From Candidatus Harrisonbacteria bacterium (GTDB lineage: Bacteria > Patescibacteriota > Minisyncoccia > UBA6257 > WO2-44-18), in the NCBI GenBank assembly GCA_016182295.1, contig JACOXP010000007.1, positions 11,457 to 75,456 on the forward strand: DNA of 64,000 bases. The letters are read 5' to 3'. A model generated the notes under the pieces. That model did not search any database. It was not told the origin of the DNA and was given only the letters and a program-made list of their open reading frames with translations. Of the stretch, positions 57,023 through 64,000 are shown one piece after another; the stretch's first letter is position 1, and the number at the start of each line of letters is the position of its first letter. A program made the translations under genes and the position numbers.

Positions 57023-58294
57023 TCATGACTTGTCTTCCGGTTTTTCAAAAGCGCGTTTAACTTTCCAAATATCATCGTAAATGGAGCGCTTAACATGAGT
57101 GCCGTGCTTTCCCAAAATCCGGAAAATAATTATTAACAAAATCAACGCCGGCAAACCGACGACCAGCAAGACCGCCAACCAAGGTATGAAAAATTTTCCT
57201 AAATCTACGCCGTCCGGTCCGATAAATTTATAAATAGGGGCGACTATGTTAACAGTGACTAACTTGTCTCGATAATTCCCCGCTTTGTCGAAAGCCCTGA
57301 TAATAATATGGTATCTTCCAGTATCCAGATTGGAAAGAAGATAAGGGGAGGTGATTTCAAAAAATAACGGGGTGTCAACGCTTCCTCGGCTTAGCGCAAC
57401 TAGTTTAAGCTCATAATGGTCAAGACCGGATAGCGTGTCCGTGGTAAAAAACTGCAGGAATAAATTTCGCTCGGCGGTGCGCTCGTCTGGCAAAACGGTA
57501 ATGTTGAAATCCGAAGGCGGGCCACTGTCTATTCTGAATGGAAAGTGCGAGACGCCGCCCCATACGGCTCTGACCCTCTGGCGAAGATGGAAATACCACA
57601 AACCGTCGTCAAGACTGCTGAAAGTGTTTGACGTCCTAATACCCTCGGATTCTATATCCGGAACTCCGGATGGATTCTGGTCTATGGAATAACTGAAACC
57701 GTCCGCGCCGCTGATATTTTGCCAGATAAAAGTCGGGTTGGGATCGCGATACCATTTTTCCGGATCTGGATGGCTGGGCGAAGCGATCTCTGGGCCGGCG
57801 GCGGGCGACACTGAAATGCTGTAAAAGGCCGGGGAAGCGTTTGCCAGGATATTAGTACCGAGGCCGTCGTTGGCTAAAATCCGCGTCCGGTTCCCAAAAG
57901 AAATCGTCGCCTCTCCGGGAGCAATCGCCCTAAAAGTTAAGGTTAAAACTACACCGTCGGAGGTATTGATTCCCGGCGACGGAATACCACCGACAAAACG
58001 CGCCCGTCCTTCGCTGTTGGAAAAGGTGGGGGCGGACGGCCAAACTTGAATTAATGAACGACCAATAGACGGGTTGGTAATTTGCAGTTTATCAGCCGGG
58101 AATATCAACTCTACTTCAACTAAATTGGCTGATAGCCCCTTCGTATCCAAAACAACCGAAACATTAAACGTCCCGCCTGTTAGAAAAGAACCCGAAGACG
58201 GACTAAGAGCCAAAGTCGCCGGACCGGCCGCTGGCGCCGGAATCGGCAAAATCAACACTAATAAAAATAAAGTTAAGAATAGTTTTTTAATCAT
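57023..58294 (-). CDS. Cohesin-domain surface protein, paralog 1
   Basis: Same domain series including GGIPSPG and ILANDGLGTNIL; C-terminal TM. Confidence 0.78.
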   Translation of the reverse strand: MIKKLFLTLFLLVLILPIPAPAAGPATLALSPSSGSFLTGGTFNVSVVLDTKGLSANLVEVELIFPADKLQITNPSIGRSLIQVWPSAPTFSNSEGRARFVGGIPSPGINTSDGVVLTLTFRAIAPGEATISFGNRTRILANDGLGTNILANASPAFYSISVSPAAGPEIASPSHPDPEKWYRDPNPTFIWQNISGADGFSYSIDQNPSGVPDIESEGIRTSNTFSSLDDGLWYFHLRQRVRAVWGGVSHFPFRIDSGPPSDFNITVLPDERTAERNLFLQFFTTDTLSGLDHYELKLVALSRGSVDTPLFFEITSPYLLSNLDTGRYHIIIRAFDKAGNYRDKLVTVNIVAPIYKFIGPDGVDLGKFFIPWLAVLLVVGLPALILLIIIFRILGKHGTHVKRSIYDDIWKVKRAFEKPEDKS

Positions 58295-59070
58295 CCTCCA
58301 AAAATTCCAATAATAAATTTAACGATGAATTTTATGATGCCAAAAATAAAATTTAAAATACCCGTTCCGCCGCTAGTTGCTTCTTCGCCGGTTGTCGCGG
58401 AAACTGAAGGAGTTTTTTCAACTGGCGAGCCGGCTACCAGGCCACTGCCGCCAATTAGGGAAGCTTGTCCAAAACCTACGATTTCATCGCTCTCAACCGC
58501 GCTGGTCTCCGAAAGATCATTAATTACGTCAACAATATCCGGCGCCCATTGAAAAAACAAAATACTTAAATCGGCTAAATCAATAACTAGGTCCTTGTTA
58601 AAATCGGCCGGATTTTCTTTCGGCGGCAATTCTGCCAAATAAAGAAAGACGCTCAAATCAATCAAATTTATATAACCGTCATTGTTTAAATCGTAATCGC
58701 TCGGAACGACAAACCCGGGGATTTCTCTTTCGATAAATTCCCTAATATAATTTCTGATTAAACTTCCCCCGCCGGGATTGGCGGCGGTAATTTCTTCAAC
58801 CGCTTCTTCAACCGACTCTACGACCGCGGCTGGCAAAACCAGGATACCGGATCCGAGCCTAAAACTATCCGATGTCAAATCGCCACTGACAACCGGCTGG
58901 CCTAAATTTCCCTCTATAACAAAACCGCTGGAAGTTACCCGATGACCGGATGAAAGCAACTCCTGCCGGTCAATTTTAAAATTGGTAGAGGTAATTATCT
59001 GAGCGGAAGCAAAACCGCCGCTAATCAAAAAGATGGCAATAATTAAAGAAAAAACCGCTCTTGACATCAC
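58291..59070 (-). CDS. Secreted protein with dockerin-like duplicated Ca-binding loops
   Basis: DLNNDGYINLIDLSVFL and DFNKDLVIDLADLSILFFQW. Confidence 0.75.
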   Translation of the reverse strand: MMSRAVFSLIIAIFLISGGFASAQIITSTNFKIDRQELLSSGHRVTSSGFVIEGNLGQPVVSGDLTSDSFRLGSGILVLPAAVVESVEEAVEEITAANPGGGSLIRNYIREFIEREIPGFVVPSDYDLNNDGYINLIDLSVFLYLAELPPKENPADFNKDLVIDLADLSILFFQWAPDIVDVINDLSETSAVESDEIVGFGQASLIGGSGLVAGSPVEKTPSVSATTGEEATSGGTGILNFIFGIIKFIVKFIIGIFGG

Positions 59071-59096
59071 GATTATATTATATCAGATAAACCGCG

Positions 59097-59669
59097 CTAT
59101 TCTTCGAACGTCCAAGTGTGCATTATCCCCGCTAAAAGCTCGTCTATCTGTGGATAACCGGTTATTTCATAAAGATAACCATTGTGAACCAGCCAAACTT
59201 CTCGCGTGCGGCCGATAGTCGGATCGTCGCTCCAGAAAAGCAACGCTCTTTGGTCCCTGTTGGGCCCTATTAAGATCTCCAGCGAATCATCAATAACCGC
59301 TGACGGCAAATCCCGCAGAATTCTTTCTTCAGTCAATAAATCGTCCAGTCGCTGAAATTTGGGAATTTCGTCCGCGTCTCCATAAAAAGGCGCGATAAAA
59401 ACTTGAAATCCCGACTGATCCCCTCCGGAAAAAACAATGGTTTCGGCGCCGTCTTGTTCGTCAAAATTTTCGACAGACCAGCCGCGGGGATATTCCAAAG
59501 AAAATCCGTATTTTCTATTTACGTATTTTTGAAAATCATCGCCCAGAATCAATTGTTTTCCAAAAAGGGCGGTTTGATTCCAAGAATCAACTGGGAACCA
59601 TAACAGAAATGCCACAACCGCAATAATCATCAAAAATCCAATAATTATTATTTTCTTGTTATGCAACAT
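59097..59669 (-). CDS. PsbP-like membrane-anchored protein
   Basis: Y.N.KYGFSLEYP..W, HNGYLYEIT, I..TW.F. Confidence 0.7.
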   Translation of the reverse strand: MLHNKKIIIIGFLMIIAVVAFLLWFPVDSWNQTALFGKQLILGDDFQKYVNRKYGFSLEYPRGWSVENFDEQDGAETIVFSGGDQSGFQVFIAPFYGDADEIPKFQRLDDLLTEERILRDLPSAVIDDSLEILIGPNRDQRALLFWSDDPTIGRTREVWLVHNGYLYEITGYPQIDELLAGIMHTWTFEE

Positions 59670-59689
59670 CGGAAATTATTCTAACATGT

Positions 59690-62600
59690 CTAACGCAATC
59701 TGACATTTCTTAACCTGACGTGGCCTCGCAGGCGCAGGATTTCCGGTTTCTCTATGGATATTTCCGGATAAGTCGTGTAACCGCCTCCGCCTTCCTGCGC
59801 GAAAGAACCGCCGCCGGATTGAACGGCTTGTAAACAAAAGGTTTTTCCGCCCTTCGCCACGGTATCCAGCGAAGTCGTGGAAACCGACAAAGCGAAATCA
59901 AAAAGCATGCTGGCGCCGGCGTCAACGGTTCCCTGGGAGCTGGTAAAATTATTGGATTCGTTATAGGTCTGATTGACTACCGCGTGGCTGGTGCTGGTAG
60001 CCGCGTATCGCGGATCCTGATAATTGGCCGTCAAGGCCGCCCCATCGGAAGGGGTGAAGTTATCCGCCCAAGTCATAGCGGTCGTGCCGCCCACATCGCT
60101 GAAAGAAGCCGAAGAACAGCCGCCTCCCGGTTTTTCGCCAACCTGAAGACGGCTGGTGGTGGAAGTAAGATCGTTATCGCCGCCAACATCAAAGAGTAAT
60201 CTTAAACGAATCGGGGTCCCCGATTCCGGAGCGATAATCGGCGTGTTGTAACCGCCGGCGCCGCCAACGTCGGTTGAATCGTCATTAGCAAACCAGCGGT
60301 AAGCAATTTGAGTTAAATTAGTCGCTGTCGTTGGGGCCTCGACCGCTTCAGTGGTAAACGTGCTACACCCCGAATCGGTGTAGGCATTAGTGTCATCCGG
60401 ATCCCTCGCTGATGCTTTCCACCAGTATTGCGTGCTGTTGGATAACGCGTCATCCGAATTTAGGGTATAACTTCCCTGCGTGCCGGAAGTGAAACATTGG
60501 GCGGGCTCGTTGGTGCAAACGGCGTTCGTTCCCGACCAGGTATTTTCGTAAGTGTAAAGCGCTCCGCCATTGACCCCGGCTATCAGATTAGTGCCGTCCG
60601 AATCCGTGGCAACACCCCACCAGCTCAAGTTCGTATCTCCGGCCGGTCGGCGTTCGTACCAATTTTCTCCGGAATCCCACGAAGTCCAAAGCCGGGTAGT
60701 TTCCCCGGCGATTAAAAAAGATCCGTCGCTGTCGGCGTCGACTCCCTGCCAGGATTTACTAAGCAAGCCGTTTTTACCAGTAGATTGGGCATACGACCAA
60801 GTGGAGCCCGTACTGGAAGACATCCAAAGCGCGCCGCCATTGATCGAGCCGACCATAAAAGTGCCGTCGTCATCAAGAGCGGCGCCCCAAAAATTGCCAG
60901 ACAATTCACTGACCCAATTCTGACCGGAATCTATCGAAGACCAAAGACCAACGCCTTCCGCTCCAAGAAGGACAGAACCGTCGGAGTCAGCCGCTGAATG
61001 TCGCCAGTCATTAGGCGAACCGACGCCCGCGGCCGCGCCCCAATTAGCTCCGGAGTCGGTTGAAAACCAAAGCTCGCCGGTGGTGGCGGCATCAAACACT
61101 CCGGCAATCAGCACGGAACCATCGGCGTCAGAACCGGCGCCTCGCCAATAACGGGTATTGTTCCCATCCGGCTGACGTTCATCCCAATTAGCTCCGCCAT
61201 CACTGGAGGTGTAAAGACGGTCCGCGGTACTGGCGCCAGCGATCAGATTGGAACCATCGCTGTCGGAGTCAATGGCTCGCCATTCTTTATTTAAAGCTCC
61301 GGCCGGCTGACGTTCGTCCCAGGTGGCGCCATAATCATCGGAAGTGTAAAGTCGGCCGGCATTTTGCCCCGCGATTAGATTGGAACCGTCAGAATCGGAG
61401 CCGACGCCGAACCAGGAATTAGTTCCGGACAGACGCAACTCCCAAGCATCGGCTTCATCATGCGTCTGAAGAACGGTGGTGCAACTACTTTCCGAATAGA
61501 TAGTAATTTTATAATTGATATTGCTGGAATTCGGATCGGTCGCGGTTACAAGAAAAGTCGGAGTGACGGAAACGCCAGTAGCGGCATCCGCTGGTGAATC
61601 TTGGGTAGGGGCGTTCGGCGGCGAAATCGTGCCGCTTTCATGAGTGAGAGTGTTGGCAGCCGACATAAAAATCATATCCCATTGAGAGCCGGCGTCGTCT
61701 ACTTTGGCGTTCGGCCAGCTGTTGCCGGTGCCGGAATTGATCGTCGCGCCTGAATCCCAATCCGTGCTTGCGACCCAATCAGTAGCGGTTGAACCAGGCG
61801 CTTCGATAAATTGCCGGACTATATTTCCCGAAGAATTTTTCGTAAAAAGCGCGTAATAATCGGGAGTTGATCCGGCGTAGAAAGTCAGCGTCGGCTGGGC
61901 GTTAACGTTGCCTTCGGTAGTGCTGTCGCTGGATCTTTTTGTAGAAGCGGAAGTGCCGCCGTCTTTGTCTATAAACCAAGTATTCAAACAATAGGCGCTG
62001 GCGCCTGAACAGAAAGTAGAGCCGTTAGAAAACCAAGTAACCAGAACGCGGCTGTTGGTGGAATCGGCCAGAGAATTGACGTAAAGATAGCTGGTCGCGG
62101 AAACGGTTTCCCCGTCTTTGGAAGTTACGCTTTGCCAGGTCCAGGTCGGCGGAGTGTCGCCACAGCTGTTAACGCAATTTGCCACGACGTATTTCAACGG
62201 ATCATCGACTTCTGAGAAAAAAAGATACAAACGTTTGGCGGCCGTGCCGGCGCCAGGCATTTGCTCAACGGAGGCTATAAAATTCTTGCTTTTTGCTTGG
62301 GAATCATAAATTGTGTCTATAGTTCCATCGCCGCTTGTGGCTGAAACGCCGCCCCAGTTGGAGCTCGCGGCGCCAGTGCATGTGCCAATGCAACGGATGT
62401 AGTAAACACCGGAAGCGGAGGTTGGTCCGGCGGTGGTTTTTGTGAAAACAACTCCGGGCTTGTTGTTGTGGGTCAGCACTATGCCCGGCCGGTAATTTTC
62501 ATTGTTGGAGGCGCCGGCGGCCAAAGTATTATCACCGGCGAAAGTTATGTCGGAAATATCATTTCCGGAATATACTATCGTCGCTTCCGCGTAGACAATT

Positions 62601-62989
62601 GACTGCCTGTTGGAAACGGTCGCCTGATAAGCAAGAAGGAGTTTGTTGTTGGTTGTGTCATGAACGGCCTGCACATTGCTGACGGCGGTGCCGATAGTTC
62701 CGCTGTCGGTCGTCCAGCTGGAACAGCCGGAATTGCAATAGGCAACCTGAATGACGCTGCTGGTATTGATAAAGACGGCCAGCCGGTTGTCGTTTGAATC
62801 GCGAAACAATTTTCGGCCGTTGGAATACTGGGTGGAATTGGCCAAAGCGGCCGTTGACACCGTCGTCGCCGCTTTGGCTTGCTTAATTTCCGGAGGGAAA
62901 TTTAAAACCCGCGGAAAAGGCGAAAATGTCCATCCCGCGATGATAAAAAAGACGATAAAAAATCTGATTATTTTCCTAGTTTTTGCCAT
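59690..62989 (-). CDS. Large secreted surface protein with BNR/Asp-box beta-propeller repeats
   Basis: Signal peptide; repeated YTS.D.G..W and DSDGS.LIAG units; Ser/Thr/Gly rich; basic C-terminus. Confidence 0.85.
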   Translation of the reverse strand: MAKTRKIIRFFIVFFIIAGWTFSPFPRVLNFPPEIKQAKAATTVSTAALANSTQYSNGRKLFRDSNDNRLAVFINTSSVIQVAYCNSGCSSWTTDSGTIGTAVSNVQAVHDTTNNKLLLAYQATVSNRQSIVYAEATIVYSGNDISDITFAGDNTLAAGASNNENYRPGIVLTHNNKPGVVFTKTTAGPTSASGVYYIRCIGTCTGAASSNWGGVSATSGDGTIDTIYDSQAKSKNFIASVEQMPGAGTAAKRLYLFFSEVDDPLKYVVANCVNSCGDTPPTWTWQSVTSKDGETVSATSYLYVNSLADSTNSRVLVTWFSNGSTFCSGASAYCLNTWFIDKDGGTSASTKRSSDSTTEGNVNAQPTLTFYAGSTPDYYALFTKNSSGNIVRQFIEAPGSTATDWVASTDWDSGATINSGTGNSWPNAKVDDAGSQWDMIFMSAANTLTHESGTISPPNAPTQDSPADAATGVSVTPTFLVTATDPNSSNINYKITIYSESSCTTVLQTHDEADAWELRLSGTNSWFGVGSDSDGSNLIAGQNAGRLYTSDDYGATWDERQPAGALNKEWRAIDSDSDGSNLIAGASTADRLYTSSDGGANWDERQPDGNNTRYWRGAGSDADGSVLIAGVFDAATTGELWFSTDSGANWGAAAGVGSPNDWRHSAADSDGSVLLGAEGVGLWSSIDSGQNWVSELSGNFWGAALDDDGTFMVGSINGGALWMSSSTGSTWSYAQSTGKNGLLSKSWQGVDADSDGSFLIAGETTRLWTSWDSGENWYERRPAGDTNLSWWGVATDSDGTNLIAGVNGGALYTYENTWSGTNAVCTNEPAQCFTSGTQGSYTLNSDDALSNSTQYWWKASARDPDDTNAYTDSGCSTFTTEAVEAPTTATNLTQIAYRWFANDDSTDVGGAGGYNTPIIAPESGTPIRLRLLFDVGGDNDLTSTTSRLQVGEKPGGGCSSASFSDVGGTTAMTWADNFTPSDGAALTANYQDPRYAATSTSHAVVNQTYNESNNFTSSQGTVDAGASMLFDFALSVSTTSLDTVAKGGKTFCLQAVQSGGGSFAQEGGGGYTTYPEISIEKPEILRLRGHVRLRNVRLR

Positions 62990-63010
62990 TGTCAGTCACC
63001 CCTATACTAA

Positions 63011-64000
63011 TTATAGGGATTGACTGGTACTGCCGCAAATAATCTTATTAACCAGGTCCGAAGAGGTGCTTATTTGGATCCAACTGCCGCCTTCAAAATG
63101 CTGGAGTTGAAGCTGGCTTTCGTTGTATCCAACAGCCGTGTCCCATTTTAAGCAGATCGAGGTGGCGCCACTGCGGGTGGCGGTAGTTGTTATATTCCAA
63201 CCCTCTTCTTTTGCTCCCTGCCTTGTCCTGAAGGTTGCTCCGGTAGAGGTCTGGCCCAAATAGGAATAACCCACATTGCCCGCTCCGGTCACGGAAGAAA
63301 ACACCAGTTTGAAACTTATATCGCCTAAAACGGGATAAACTTCTATATTGGAACCGGTCTGAACGTGAGTATGATCGGATATTACCACTCTTGCCCGGCC
63401 GCGCTCATCAGCGCCTACCTTTGCTCCAGGAGCGCCGAAAATAAAATCGGGCCTCCCATCTTTGTTAATATCTATACCTCTTCCATCGGCATCAGCGCCG
63501 CCACTTTCCCCGGCGCCCGCGGCTATCTGATCCCAGAAAAGCTGGAGCTTGCTATTAACGACGTTCGCTCTTCCTTGGCCATTCTCCATTACTGAAAGCG
63601 AAGCGATATCATTGTAGCCATCGTTATTAATATCGCCTAAAACAGTAATGCTGTTCCCGAATAGTTGATATCTGCTTGTGCCGCTGTATTGGGTTAAAAG
63701 GGTGTTAGTCGCTCCGGAAAAAACTCTAATTGATCCGGCTCTCGGTTGCCCAGCGACGGTCTCCCTGGAAGACGCCGCGAAGTCAACGGTGCTGTCGTTA
63801 TTAACATCATCAACAAATCCAACCGAGACGCCAAAAGCGCCAAATCTTTCCGGCGTAGTCGTGTCCTGGGTGTAAATTGTCGAAAAATCGCTTCCAGAAA
63901 GAACAATTACCCTGCCTTGAGCAAATTGAATATTGGTGTAGAAAGAGTCGCCTATAACAAAATCCTCCACCGTATCACCGTTGATATCAAAACCGGTGCT
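63011..64000 (-). CDS. FG-GAP / integrin-alpha beta-propeller repeat protein; 5' end outside the window
   Basis: DINGDTVEDFVIG, FGVSV..VDDVNNDSTVDF, FGNSI..LGDINNDGYND, DINKDGRPDFIFGAP. Confidence 0.88.
   Translation of the reverse strand, partial: STGFDINGDTVEDFVIGDSFYTNIQFAQGRVIVLSGSDFSTIYTQDTTTPERFGAFGVSVGFVDDVNNDSTVDFAASSRETVAGQPRAGSIRVFSGATNTLLTQYSGTSRYQLFGNSITVLGDINNDGYNDIASLSVMENGQGRANVVNSKLQLFWDQIAAGAGESGGADADGRGIDINKDGRPDFIFGAPGAKVGADERGRARVVISDHTHVQTGSNIEVYPVLGDISFKLVFSSVTGAGNVGYSYLGQTSTGATFRTRQGAKEEGWNITTTATRSGATSICLKWDTAVGYNESQLQLQHFEGGSWIQISTSSDLVNKIICGSTSQSL

Overview
64 kb of bacterial chromosome, most consistent with a Patescibacteria/CPR (Parcubacteria-like) genome. This is inferred from compact housekeeping genes, ThyX, a PilM/PilT/PilD/ComF cluster, DsbA-VKOR, a DUF5679-like protein, cohesin/dockerin surface proteins and mostly CCA-less tRNA genes. 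Core genes: DEAD-box helicase, obgE, uvrC, secG, murD, gatCA, ligA, P-type ATPase, thyX, mscS, amidase, typA. Eleven tRNA genes are present. Variable regions lie at about 2.2-8.1 kb (3' of tRNA-Ser GCT), 29.9-36.4 kb (3' of tRNA-Ala GGC) and 45-49.4 kb (3' of tRNA-Trp). Most notable unexplained structures: (1) two tiny non-coding, highly structured elements of 221 and 149 bp inserted at the T-arm of two different tRNA-Ser genes, each duplicating the tRNA 3' end and sharing one architecture; (2) two LAGLIDADG-type ORFs ending at or inside tRNA 5' ends; (3) a 26-bp palindrome-containing repeat just upstream of each of two toxin-antitoxin pairs; (4) 7-nt periodic arrays forming an inverted repeat in front of a four-helix-bundle gene and also found in-frame inside uvrC, murD, ligA and comF; (5) a triplicated cohesin plus dockerin surface locus with simple-sequence repeats in two signal-peptide regions; (6) an apparently inactive single-module Clp ATPase with a long coiled-coil insert. 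No CRISPR array, rRNA gene, intact transposase or integrase was seen. All family assignments come from motif recognition by eye, not database searches.
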